A DNA stretch of 64,000 bases, from the NCBI RefSeq assembly GCF_006345805.1, contig NC_043000.1, forward strand, positions 115,940,001-116,004,000, given 5' to 3'. Source of the DNA: Octopus sinensis (Eukaryota). The notes beneath the pieces were generated by a model, which did not search any database, had not been told where the DNA came from, and worked only from the letters and a program-made list of their open reading frames with translations. This document shows positions 38,013 to 51,332 of this stretch, one piece after another (the stretch's first letter is position 1; each line of letters begins with the position of its first letter). Made by a program: the position numbers and the translations under genes.

Positions 38013-38217
38013 TTAAAGTTATCGGTAAACGTTTTTGATTTTCACTCTCGATAAATTCATCCCTTTTTGTGTTCCCAGCACTCGGCATCTTTATTTAGGA
38101 GCCCTTAATTGTATAACTACATGAATAATATTTTTCTATATGAATAATATTTTTGTCTTATGACTAATTCGTCTTTTGTGCTGGGCACCTGGTAGTAAAT
38201 ATATTACTACCCTTCTT

Positions 38218-38257
<40 letters not shown>

Positions 38258-38403
38258 TATATATATTAATATTATATATACATGTATGTATGTATGTACA
38301 GATATATATATATATATATATGTGTGTGGTGTGTGGTGAATATACTTCACATTGTCGTGCAGCTACTGTTTATGCCTCGTTCAGATATTTAATATATACA
38401 TAT

Positions 38404-38446
<43 letters not shown>

Positions 38447-38451
<5 letters not shown>

Positions 38452-39331
38452 GGTACGATGGGTAAATTGTCGCCATATTAAATTTTTAATGTAGCGTATA
38501 CGCATTGTTGGCTTTTGATTTTGTCGACTACACATTGTAGTAGGGTCAGTTGGGCACTGTGTGTGTGAGAAAAAAAAACAGCACTATGAGGCAATTCACT
38601 CTGCCAAGAATTTGGAAATGACATTCTGTACTGCTTGGCATTCGTGTAGGAAGCTCCAGTACGACGCGCCCGAAGCCCCAATCTGAACATGTACCAATAC
38701 GAACATGTATCGAGAGTTGTAAATATCAAACATCCAGTCAACATGATGATATCTGGAGTCATCACTAGTGATGGCGACCGTATGCCTACATTATCTTTCC
38801 ACACGTCCTCACACTCAACACAAAGGCTTGCGTCAAGTGCCTGGAGGAGGTAGTGGTGCTCTGGGTCAAGATGGTGGTTGCTGGAAGACCCTATATCTGG
38901 CAACAGGACTTTGCACCATGGCACACAAGCAGGAGAACCCAGTCATTGCTCTCAGACAATTTCTGCAACCACATCACCCCTAACATCTGGCCATCTAAGT
39001 CCGCAGGCTGCAACTCCCTCGATCATTATGTTTGGATCGAAGTTGAACGAGAGATCAACAAAATTCCTTGTAACTCCTTGAACTGAAGGCAAGGATTATG
39101 GCAGCATTCACCAACTTATAATACAAGGAAATCGTCCAGAAGAGTTGCAGGAGAACGCGAAGTCGTCGGGAGGCCGTTGTTGAAGCCAATGGCGATTTTA
39201 TTGAATAAACTTACTGTTTAGTATTTCAATACATTTTAATGTAATTTTGGTAAATATATCTGTTAAAATAAGATGTCAGTGTTATTTTCATTTTTGCGTA
39301 ATTTAGACAACAGTTTATTCACCGCACCCTG
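38447..39331 (+). mobile_element. Internally deleted maT-type (DD37D) Tc1/mariner element
   Basis: KHPVNMMISGVITSDGD..., WQQDFAPWH...WPSKSAGCNSLDHYVW with 37 residues between the second and third D, C-terminal EAVVEANGDFIE. Degenerate ~27-bp TIRs (AGAAGGTACGATGGGTAAATTGTCGCC versus reverse complement ACAGGGTGCGGTGAATAAACTGTTGTC). Confidence 0.85.
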
Positions 39332-39342
39332 TATACATATAA

Positions 39343-39431
<89 letters not shown>

Positions 39432-40269
39432 GTGTGTGTATATATTATTTATTTATTTATTTATGGGGCGTGTGTGCATGCGTGTATGTGCGAAAGTATT
39501 ATTAGAACTATGTCAGAATATATTACGTCTCCAGGGTTACTTTTCTGCGAATGTCCGTGAGAAACCCATTACGCTTAGATATGAATAATATATTAAATGA
39601 GTTTAGTTTCATAAGTATTTCAGAAAGGATAAATGGCCTTTCAGGTATTTTCACCATTCCAAGCAATCGCAATGATGGTATAAATCAAGGTTTATGAAAA
39701 AGAAAAAGTCTAGCAAATGATAAATGACAGCTTAATTTCAGAGGCTCTGAAATGTTTGTCAGTAATCTTAATAGGAAACATTTCAAAATATATACGATCT
39801 TTAACTGCTGGCTATCTTTTAAAATCTTTTGTTCCTTTCTGTCATTTGACTGCCTCTGTGCTGGGGGTTCAGCCTTGAAGTGATGAAGTCGATCCGGCAC
39901 TTATGTTGTTTTTCTTTTATATTTTCTATGTCTATAGGCGTCTTTTGCCGAACCGTTAACCTGCTGGAATGTAAACAAAACATTAGCGGTTTCAATCAGT
40001 GGGCGGATAAGGATAAACACAAGCACATACCTACACACGGATAGGCAAATAGCTGTTGACCTATCTGTCTGTCTGTCCGTCCGTTCGTCTGTCTTTCTGT
40101 CTGTCTGTCTTTTTGTTCTTTTCTTCCCTTTTACGATCCCTCTTGATCGAAAACCTACGCCACCCCTTTTTTTTTCTTTTGTTTTTTGTTTTTTTCATCC
40201 CCCAAAAGAAAAGCTCTACCTTGTAACTTGTCCCATCTGTGTGCAGCCCTGTGTGGCCAATAAAGAAAC

Positions 40270-40343
<74 letters not shown>

Positions 40344-40925
40344 GTGATTGTGTCTGTCTGACTGCCTGTCTGGCAGTGTCTGTGTGCGCGTGCGTGTGTT
40401 TGTTTGTGTGTGTGTGTGTGTGTGTCTGTCTGTGTGTCTATCTACGTGTCTACTAAGAATGTATGAAACAGGAGCTGACTAAATGCCTGAAAACAAACCT
40501 TGACATTTAGGACAAACTTACGAAAAGAATTTGGACAGGGAAAGGGTTGAGTATTTCCACATGTCCGATTCTTTGCGCTTTTGTTGCGAAATCATCATCA
40601 CCGTCGTCATGTACCACACACTGCAGCGCGGGATCTAGTTTTCATCCGCAAAATATGCATTTTTTAAAAGGAAATAAAAAAATCTGAAAATCGGCTATAA
40701 TAATGTAGCATTCCGGTCTCATTGTTTTGAATGTATGATGTTGTTGAGAAAAAAAATAGAAGAAAAAGTTACCGAGGTTTAAAAGTCGGAAAACTCTATA
40801 TTTTTAGCCAATAGCGAGACAGAGATTTTCTGTGTTTAGCGGAGCGGTGTCAACTTTAAGGTGAAATTTATAGTTTAGCGTCTGTGACAAGATCTGTTCA
40901 TTGTAGGTTTCTAAATAAACAGAAA

Positions 40926-41300
40926 TACCGTAAATCCTCAAGTATAGTCCGGCTTTGAGTATAATACGCAGGGGATTTTTAGGGGGCTGTACCTCTGAAA
41001 AACTTAAACCTTGTGTATAATACGCACCCCTTCTCTACTTGAGTCAAGGAGATCTATATAATGTCCTTGGTTTGTAAAAATGTAAACGGTAACGTCCTTT
41101 ATTATTACCTTCTTGCCTTCTTTATCTTTGGCATCTGTTTTATTTTTCATCTTTATTTCTTCGCCATAACCTGACATTGCTTTCGTCAACATCAAATTTT
41201 CTTCCGGCGGCCCTATTATCATGCTCTTCAGCATATGATATAACTTCAAGTTTAAACAAAACTGAATAAGATCTACGAGGCATTTTATGGGCATGTAATA
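40926..41300 (+). mobile_element. pogo/Tc2-like terminal remnant
   Basis: TA-CCGTAAATCCTCAAGTATAGTCCG with internal repeats of GTATAATACGCA, typical of pogo/Tc2 ends. Right end uncertain. Confidence 0.45.
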
Positions 41301-41731
41301 TATAAGATGTTTTATTGGAGATTAATGTACAGGTTTAAGTTGCGCTTATAAAAAACCCTAGTAAAGACCCACAGTAGTTCAAACACTTAATATTGATATT
41401 TAATTAAGAATCTATTGTTTGCCACGGTAATGATGCAAACTGCCAATACAAACAGCAGGACGAACTATTTAGCGCTAAACTATTAAGCACAATTTGTGCG
41501 TAATTAACAAACACTTTCGCGCATGCGTAATACAATAATGGTGATGCTCTTAACTGTTATATGGGAATGTAAATATGTTTGCAAATTGTTTTTGTTACAT
41601 GTTATTCTGTGTTCTGAATACTTTTATTTTAATAAATGTTGCTAACTGCAAGTTATGGATAATTCTTTTATGACTTCATTGCTTTCATGTTTAGCTTAAG
41701 GTATTTTCACACCCAACGTCACAAAATGCGT

Positions 41732-42066
41732 CTGAATAAACATTTGCCGGACAGCAAATAGAGACTCGGGCATTGCTTAGAAATATTTTTCATTTTTAAC
41801 CTCGTATATAGTACGCACTAGGGATTTTGACATTTATATCATGTCTGTATATAGATTTTGTGACTATTCGATGGCATAGTATTTTTTGACTTCTATCTTT
41901 AGCGATATAGGTACCCTTGCGTATATATGTACATATCTAATATTGTATGTATATATTTTATTAATTTGCCTGTACGGCTGATAATTGGCTTACCATTCTC
42001 CCCCCACTCTCTCTATAAACATATATATATGTGTGTGTGTGATTGTGTGTATGTGTATGCATATAC

Positions 42067-42113
<47 letters not shown>

Positions 42114-42127
42114 CATACATACATACA

Positions 42128-42199
<72 letters not shown>

Positions 42200-42374
42200 G
42201 CTAAAGATAGAAGTCAAAAAATACTTCTATGCCACCGAATAGTCACAAAATCTATATACAGACATGATATAAATGTCAAAATCCCTAGTGCGTACTATAT
42301 ACGAGGTTAAAAATGAAAAGTATTTTCTAAGCAATGCCCGAGTCTCTATTTGCTGTCCGGCAATGTTTATTCAG
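41732..42374. repeat. Fold-back: ~177-bp inverted repeat arms (41732-41908 and 42195-42374) around a microsatellite spacer
   Basis: Arms are reverse complements with only a few mismatches or indels, e.g. GCCGGACAGCAAATAGAGACTCGGGCATTGCTTAG versus CTAAGCAATGCCCGAGTCTCTATTTGCTGTCCGGC. Confidence 0.92.
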
Positions 42375-42534
42375 CGCAGGAGTGGATATGTGGTAAATAG
42401 CTTGCTAACCAACCACATGGTTCCGGGTTCAGTCCCACTGCGTGGCATCTTGGGCAAGTGTCTTCTGCTATGGCCCCGGGCCGACCAATGCCTTGTGAGT
42501 GGATTTGGTAGACGGAAACTGAAAGAAGCCTGTC

Positions 42535-42606
<72 letters not shown>

Positions 42607-42805
42607 CTGTGTTTGTGCCCCTAGCATTGCTTGACAACCGATGCTGGTGTGTTTACGTCCCCGTCACTTAGCGGTTCGGCAAAAGAGACCGATAGAATAA
42701 GTACTGGGCTTACAAAGAATAAGTCCCGGGGTCGATTTGCTCGACTAAAGGCGGTGCTCCAGCATGGCCGCAGTCAAATGACTGAAACAAGTAAAAGAGA
42801 GAGTA
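42375..42805 (+). mobile_element. SINE family B, full length (tRNA-like head, CORE-like segment, internal (TA)n(TG)n, tail)
   Basis: GCGCAGGAGTGGATATGTGGTAA...GGGTTCAGTCCC...CTTGGGCAAGTGTCTT (resembles the CORE-SINE core CTTGGGCAAGTNACTT)...GTCAAATGACTGAAACAAG. Confidence 0.9.
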
Positions 42806-43312
42806 AAAGAGTAATATATATATATATTTATGACGCAGAAATGTATGCGTCCTACAGATGGGTGACATCATTCCTAGCCAATCAGTGCGTTTAGAGCCAT
42901 ATTTTCTATAAGCAGAATTTCTTTTCGAGACAACTTGTGCAGCGTATTATATTTCCATGTTCGAATATTCATTAATATGTGAAATATGACTGTACACAGC
43001 CAAATATGTACGCTAACATAAACCACTCGTGTCTGTTATATACACTTGTTTTAAGTGCTTACGTATCTCTTGTTCTTGTATATGTATTGTTTGCTAACTG
43101 TCGTTAGTAATTAAAACGTATGTATGAAATATCAAAAATTTGCAAAGCCTTTGATGAAGAATAACATTTAAGTACCTCGATGAAAAATTAAAATATAGCA
43201 TTTTCATATTGATTCCTGTTCCATTTCCGTATTTTATAGCCATTAATGATTAAGTCCTCCATGCATTTTTTGAAAAAAAAATAACGTTTCTTCATATGCA
43301 AGCACATACGCA

Positions 43313-43380
<68 letters not shown>

Positions 43381-43569
43381 TATATATGTATATGTATATG
43401 TATATATATATGTATATGTGTATATGTATATATATGTGTGTGTGTGTGTATGTATATATGTTTGTATATATATATGTATATATGTATATATATATGTATG
43501 TATATATATACGTATATATGTATGTATATATATGTATATATACACATATACACATATGTATATATACAC

Positions 43570-43667
<98 letters not shown>

Positions 43668-44034
43668 ATATCTATATATACACACACACGCGTATATATA
43701 TACACACAATGAATTCTAACAGAATTAAACAATGTCTGCAACATTTTCGTTTATCTTTAGGCAGACACTTTGAAGAAAAGAAAAGAAAATCTAAGAATGA
43801 TATATTACTATTTAAACTTTATTCTAGTAAATACTAACAATGTTATAAGACAATTTATTTCAAATGAATTAATTCCTATGTTTTATAAACGATTCTGCTA
43901 TATGAGGTAAACCATTGTTTTGGTATAAAATTCAAGCCCAGCCTAAGAAGCGAACTTGAAATCATTTCGTTGATACTATTAAGACGCTGCTTGTATGAAA
44001 ACTTAATATGAAATATTTACTTGATCAGTGGCTT

Positions 44035-44180
44035 ATGAAGTATACCACCGAGGTTGACTTTGCCTTTCATTTTTTCGGACTCAATAAATTAAGTACCAGT
44101 TGCGTACAGGAATCAATCTAATGGACTGGCTCCAACCTCCCCAAATATTTCAGGCCTTTTGCCTAGCGTGGAAAAGAATA
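44035..44180 (+). mobile_element. SINE family A, diverged partial copy
   Basis: ACCGAGGTTGACTTTGCCTTTCAT...AAATTAAGTACCAG. Confidence 0.7.
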
Positions 44181-46249
44181 TCCCATAGTATAACTAATAT
44201 GCAATCATGTTCTCTTCTGAGAATTATTTCAAATACTTAGCAGCAATATGAAAATTATTGCTAAGCATGTGAGATAGTTCTCATCTTTGAGCCTAGATGT
44301 TGCAAAGCATTATGGGGCATTATGCATGAACATGTATTGCATGTATACACATATAAATGAACACACACGCGCGCACACGCCCACACACACATACATATAT
44401 ATATACGGCAAAATCAAGGGTAAACCACTTAATACTCACACCCATATATAATACTCTATTACGAGATAGCCACGCAATAACTAGCACTTGGGTATGAACA
44501 ACTGGGTACACTACCAGCAGTATATTGGATATGTAATATCCCTTAGTTGGTTTCCCAGTGTATAGAAAAAAGTCAAGAATAAGTTTTGGGGTCGAATTGT
44601 TCGCCTAAAGGCGGTGCTCCAGCATGACAGCAGTTAAATGACTGAAAAAAATAAAAGAATAAAAGAATGCATGGGGTCGATGATAAGGTCAAGGATTCCA
44701 TGACGGCGTCGATAGTCTAGAGAACCTTGGGGACCCATGAAGTAGACAATGTTTTTTATGTGATATAATTGACGAACCCACAATCCAAGTTGCAAATATC
44801 TGCGGAGAAGAGCACCACTTTCCGACTCACTATTTCACCAAGACCGATTCCGGGGACCGGATCGTGATGTGAGTCTAAAATAAACAAGCGTTATCGCTAA
44901 TGGTGGTGCCCCAGCATGACCACAACCTCTAGCTGAAACTGATAATACAATAATAGAATATGTGCGTTTGATTGAATATTCTGCTCGGTCAATGCTGACT
45001 AAAGTTAAATAATTATTACACATCTATCGCACAAAACTATTGAAATTTATATAAAGAATTTATATAGAATCTGAATATCAAAGATTAATCATGGCAAAAT
45101 ATATAAGAACACAAGACACGGAGATCATCATTCTTATTGTATAATGTCTTGGAGACAATAAGAATACAATCAATGAAAACACAATTTTCTCTGGAAAATA
45201 TAAAAATAAGTTATAATTATGATTTCAACATGATAGCCACGACTCACACTCACGCACACACACACACACACACACATATAGATGTATGTATGTGTTTATG
45301 TATGTGTGTGTGTGTATACATATATAGCGGTATATACTACATATATGTATATACAAAATATTTTATGCATGTAAATTAGATATACATATATACATATACA
45401 TATATACATATACATATATACATATACATATATACATATACATATATATATATATGTTTGTGTGTGTGTGTGTATGTATGTATCTATGTATGTATATATA
45501 TATATATTTATATATATATATATATATTTATATATACATATATATGCATACACACACACAAACAACCACACGCACATAAATATACATATACGTATATATA
45601 TACGTACACATATTTATAAGGATAGAGAGATATACATAACATACATACATATATGCACACACACACATATATATGTATACATTTGTGTGCGTGCATGTAT
45701 ATATATATATATATAAACACAAACATTACTAGCTAGAGACGTATATTCAGACATATTTTCATTAAACAATATAAAACCATTTAACGACAAAAAGTCATAA
45801 ATATTTGTTCCAGAAGCCATCTGCAAGAAAAAGTTTTCGCCATATTGCCATCGCGTGTCTGATAGATACATCATCACATTATTCCAATATAAAAGTGTGA
45901 TTCTACTTTGAAAACTTTGGTGGTCGTAATTCAAAATACTAGAAATGGCAAAAATTCTTTGAATACACTTATTTAAAGTGTTGTCTCCATTTTACTTATT
46001 CGTGGCCATTTATTTGTCTAAAATGTCAAGCTTATGCGCCAGTCTGTTCCATTTAGAAAAACACGTTCCTAATTCTTTTCACTGTTTTCTTTACACCTCT
46101 TTTAAGGTGTTTTCGTAATGTTTTCCTTTGTTACGCAAACTCTCTCAACACACAGCATCCACCCAAACCACGAACATCTTAACAGCAACAAAGCTGTTAT
46201 GAAATCAACATCATAAATACTGCCATTATTCTATCTATCTATATATCTA

Positions 46250-46281
<32 letters not shown>

Positions 46282-46867
46282 CCTCTCTCTCTCTCTATCT
46301 ATCTATCTATCAGGTAACACACGCTTACCCAAGGTTTGGTTATATGCAAAAGGATTATCAGGTTTATTTTTCCGGCCAAAGGTTTCTAACCCAATATTAA
46401 AACGCCTATATTTACACGATATTGTTCATAACTTTATCTACTTCGAGTTCAACTTGTATTAATATAGTGTTTAAAAATTTATGTATCTATGTATGTGTGT
46501 GTCTGTGAATTTGTGTGTACATACGTATCGTGTTTCGCTAGCGTTTCCTATTGCTTGTGTGTGTCACACGTAGTATAGAGGACACATTCCTCAAGCGTCT
46601 ATGCATCATGTATATGAAAAGAAAGCTTTATATTTCTCAGAACATTTGAAACAAGGATTAACTAACGGTGAGAAAACAAGCATGGACGTTTGGCACGAAC
46701 TGAAGAAAATACTTTGAACAGGTGAATGATTAATGATGATGAGGAGGAAAGAAGGAAATCTAAGTCCCACGGGAGGAAAATGAGAAAGAGGAGGGAGAGG
46801 TAGCAAATAAAAGGATTGGGAAAAACAATATATATGCTGGTAATTAAGTACAGTATTTTTGTTCTAT

Positions 46868-47104
46868 AAGGTGTTCAAAAAGTCTCTCCGCCGTGAATTT
46901 TTTCTCTCGAAGATGTATTTTAAAACATGCATAGTAGAGTCAACTTATGTATTGAAAATGAAGGACGACACTTTCAACGCATTAGAAAGTTCTTTTTTAA
47001 AGTCTTGCAAAGTCTAATATATTCTTTTGTAGTCTTATACAAACTTATAGATATTTATTTTGCTATACAATGCTTACTGCTGAGAGACTTTTTGAACACC
47101 CTGC
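46868..47104 (+). mobile_element. Mariner-derived MITE-like deletion derivative
   Basis: TIRs GGTGTTCAAAAAGTCTCTC / GAGAGACTTTTTGAACACC. Interior encodes HSRVNLCIENEGRHFQ, resembling a Tc1/mariner C-terminus. Confidence 0.8.
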
Positions 47105-47425
47105 ATTATAATGAACAATACTTCTAACTAACGCGTCACGACACATTCCACGTGCATATATTGCAGAAGCCTATTTCTGTTCCTTGCCATTGTTCTCTAA
47201 AGAATTCTTCTACAAGACATTCTGCTATTGCCATCTTTTCTTGCATCACCATTTTTCCCTAACAATCTCTTTCATTGTCACTTTTTATTCGTTTTTGTCA
47301 TTGCTTCACACTTTCACTTTTATTTCCTTCGTGTTTGACTCTTTGTCTCCCTTTTTCCTTCTTTATTTCTCTCCATCTTCACTTTTTTCCCTACTCCCCT
47401 CACTCTGCTTATATTTCTTTCTTGG

Positions 47426-47491
<66 letters not shown>

Positions 47492-48039
47492 GTCTATCTA
47501 TCTAAGTTGTAATATTAAAGTCAAACCGGTCAGTTATACTTTGAAATCAATACGTATATTTCAAGCATGCCTAATATATAATAGAAAACACAAGAGCAAC
47601 ACGATACGTACGTATACACATACGCATCCGCGCGCACAAACATAACTTTATATTTATTGGATAACTTGTAATAGACACTAACTACAAACAAAACATGAGT
47701 TTATTCCACGCTGTGATTAAAACAATCTTCCTTAAAATGCTTCACTTCATGAAGTGTCTGATTGATTAGTCACGGCTTATATCAGATTGATTAGTCACGG
47801 CTTATATCAGGATGATGGTTTCTGAAAAAAAAAAGTGAAATACTTATAATCATGATTACGACCAAAATATAAATTGCAAAAACTTAGTAATAAGCTAACA
47901 GAAAAATAAGATGTGGATTTTATGCATATTTTCCATCGTAATTACAAATTTGAATTTCTAAGGTCGTCTCAAGCTGAAAGCGGATGATTATCTTCCTTGT
48001 ATTAGCTGCGATCACTAGAGGGAACCACGTGTATGTAGA

Positions 48040-48290
48040 AATATAAAGATAATGTGCAAAATATTGTGGTCTCTCTTCCTGTCTATTGAGTCGTTCATTT
48101 CAATTAGTATTCTAGTGTTGTGGCTTCACTTTGAATATCACGCAATAATTTACGTGATTGTTGGCGATTTCATTTTCCTCCGTTTTGGACTTTCCTGTTT
48201 CTTCCTGTTTGCAAAGATGAGCTATGCTCGAAACGTAAAACTTCTACTCTTTTCTTTCTCTGGGCGTCTTAATAAATTCGCACCGAAAGG
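48040..48290 (+). mobile_element. Penelope-terminus-like remnant with degenerate hammerhead
   Basis: GTTT...GATGAG-CTATG-CTC-GAAAC-GTA-AAAC near 48205-48242, followed by a pyrimidine-rich segment like the 19392 and 58720 family. Confidence 0.4.
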
Positions 48291-48337
<47 letters not shown>

Positions 48338-48400
48338 CGTGTGTGTGTGTGTGTATGTATATGTATACGCATGCGCATACACACATATGTATAACATCTG

Positions 48401-48781
48401 ACACTCCGTCGGTTACGACGACGACGAGGGTTCCAGTTGATCCGATCAACGGGGCAACCAGCTCGTGATATTGACATGCAAGTGGCTGAGCACTCCACTG
48501 ACACGTGTACCCTTAACATAGTTCTCGAGGAGATTCAGTGGGACACAAAGTGTGGCAAGGCTGGCCCTTTGAAATACAGGTACAACAGAAAGAGGAAGAA
48601 AGAGTGAGAGAAATTGTGGTGAAAGAGTACAGCATGGTTCGCCACAACCCCCTGTCGGAGCCTCGTGGAGCTTTAGGTGTTTTCACTCAATAAACACTTA
48701 CAACGTCCGGTCTGAGAATTGAAACCGCGATCCTACGACCGCGCGTCTGCTGCCCTAACTACTGGGCCATTGCGCTTCCAC
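48401..48781 (-). mobile_element. SINE family C with tail Z
   Basis: C head and body followed on the minus strand by TGTACCTGTATTTCAAAGGGCCAGCC...GAACCCTCGTCGTCGTCGTAACCGACGGAGTG. Confidence 0.8.
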
Positions 48782-49474
48782 ACTTATAACATATGATATG
48801 TGTGTATGCATTCATTATCTAACTAGAATGTCTCGTCTTATTTTCTACTCTAATGTACACATTTACATCTTTCTACTTTTCCCTATTTCTTTCCCACAAA
48901 CTCCCCCGCCATGTTCTTTTCATCCTCTCACTATTCCCTGCTCTTTTAGTCCACTTACTCCTACCTCTATTCAGCACTTTCTGCCATTGTCTGTTTAAAC
49001 AGATTCTATTTTTCCTAATGTATTGAAGTCACGTGACTATTTTCAATGACAGACAATTTCGTCCATCTTGTTTCTCGTGTTCATTTTTTCATTGTATTTT
49101 TCTCGTCTTTGCATGTAAATCTACGTGTTTATTCCAAAAGGTTTAAATATCTCCTGGATTTTATTTGTTGTCGAGTTTAAAACATTTCGATGCCACCTAT
49201 TATGCGTGCATGGTCAGGTTGTTACTTTAAGCTGCGTGTCTGCTTGCATGTAACTTTACTAAATCTATTTACATGAACGCATGCGTGTCTCCTTATTTAA
49301 GATGTTTCCCTGTGTGCTTGTATGCGTGTATGTATTAATATCTGAGATTGTCTGTGCGAATACGCTTGTCTGTGAACGTTTGTATTTTTGATTTGTAGAA
49401 GCATGTGTATTATTAGATTCGTTCGTGTCTATGTGAGAGAACGCTTGCGTGTATGAGTGTTAACGTGCGAATAT

Positions 49475-50040
49475 ATTCTTTTCTACTCTAGGCACAAGGC
49501 CCGACATTTTGGGGGGAGGGGACCAGTCGATTAGATCGACTCTAGGACGCAACTGGTACTTATTTTATCGACCGGAAAGGATGAAAGGCAAAATCGATCT
49601 CGGTGGAATTTGAACTCAGAGCATAAAGACGCCTAACGTTTCTGCCTACTCGCCGCCTAGCATGCGAATATATTCTTTTCTACTTTAGGCTCCAGGCCCG
49701 AAAGTTTTTTTGCGGGGGTGGGAACCAGTCGATCAGATCGACTCCAGTACGCACCTGGTACTTAATTTGATGACCGGAAAGGATGATAGGCAAAGTCGAC
49801 CTCGGCGGAATTTGAACACAGAACGTAACGGCAGACGAAATACCTATTTCTTTACTACCCACAGGGGGCTAAACAAAGAGAGGACAAACAAGGACAGACA
49901 AACGGATTAAGTCGATTATATCGACCCCAGTGCGTAACTGGTACTTAATTTATCGACCCCGAAAGGATGAAAGGCAAAGTCGACCTCGGCGGAATTTGAA
50001 CTCCAAACGTAGCGGCAGACGAAATATGGCTACGCGAAAA
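49475..50040 (-). mobile_element. Cluster of tandem SINE family A units
   Basis: At least three CTGGTACTT...GGCGGAATTTGAAC modules. Confidence 0.85.
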
Positions 50041-50711
50041 TTATTTAGATATGAGCATGTTTTTGTGTGCTGCGAGTGTTTCTACATATGGACCTATACG
50101 TACGTACTCGTAACTTTTGTGAATGGATGTGTCGTTGGCATGTGCAAATGCGTATATTGCGGTCGCATTCGTAAACCATTCAGTTTAGATCACACTCCGA
50201 CAGTGTATGTTTTTTTATTTGTTTTGCTTTTCCTTTTGTTCTGCCTTTGCTGTTTCTTTCTCTGAATTCTTGCCAGAATTGTAATTACTGCATCGTACCT
50301 GATTCTTTTCGTGTGTGCATGTGTGTATTTGTCAATTCGGACTACACGGTCACGGCATGATATTACGCAAACAATCTATTTTATGAACACCAATCCTCTG
50401 CCGTTATTATTGTTTTTGATCTCGCAACGATGACTGCTCAGTCGAACTAAGCAACATTTTATTTCAGAACGTAATAGTTTGTAAGGTACGGCTATAGCTG
50501 TGTGGTTAAGGCATACAATTTGCATCTACGTGGTTGTGAGTTCAGTCTCATTGCACGGCAAATTGAATAAAGGGCTCCAGGCCGCTCTATACGTTATGAC
50601 TAAATTTAGTTGAGTGAAAACTGAAGCCTGTCAGTTTTTGAATCTACGGATAAATAGCTAAATTTGCCATGGTCGTATTTATACTACATAGCTTTACATA
50701 CATCATGTCAT

Positions 50712-50935
50712 ACCTATTTCTTTACTACCCACAAGGGGCTAAACACAGAGGGACGAACAAGGATTAAGTCGATTATATCGACCCCAGTGCGTAACTGGTA
50801 CTTACTTAATCGACCCCGAAAGGATGAAAGGCAAAGTCGACCTCGGCGGAATTTGAACTCTGAACGTAACATCAGACGAAATACCGCTAAGCATTTCGCC
50901 CGGCGTGCTAACGTTTCTGCCAGCTCGCCGCCTTC
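50712..50935 (-). mobile_element. SINE family A, full unit with head
   Basis: Core and head both present. Confidence 0.9.
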
Positions 50936-51332
50936 AGTATCATGTCATACCTTCATACTGTGTGTACTGAGATCCCCGTTGACAGGCAGCTGATATGAAA
51001 TAAAATGTTAAACACCTATGGCATGCAAATTAGTAGCTGCAGTTTCCTGTATGCACTGGATTTGTTCATTATGTAAACAAACCCGTTGCACATTTTCTAG
51101 AATTGGTCAAGTACTGTAGACACTTCTAATGGGAACCCAATAAGTTTCGAAAATCGAAAAAGGCTATTTGTAATTTTTTTCAATCTACGAAGAAATAGTA
51201 TATATTTGCTGTTTCTATTTCTACTAGGTAAGTATATACGTATATAAATACATATATATATATATATACATATACGCGAGTGAGTGGACAAATGAAAGAA
51301 GGCCACACAACCAATTTATTGAGAGTTACGTG

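Larger units (their letters stand above)
37493..38225 (+). mobile_element. Retrozyme-like / Penelope pLTR-like element: 1.67 copies of a 439-bp unit with two hammerheads, embedded in (TA)n
   Basis: About 293-bp direct repeats at 37493-37785 and 37932-38225 differing by a few indels. (TA)n on both sides. Each repeat starts with the HHR. Confidence 0.8.

Noticed and set aside
47761-47810. Perfect 25-bp tandem duplication
   Set aside because: Ordinary slippage duplication with no further structure.
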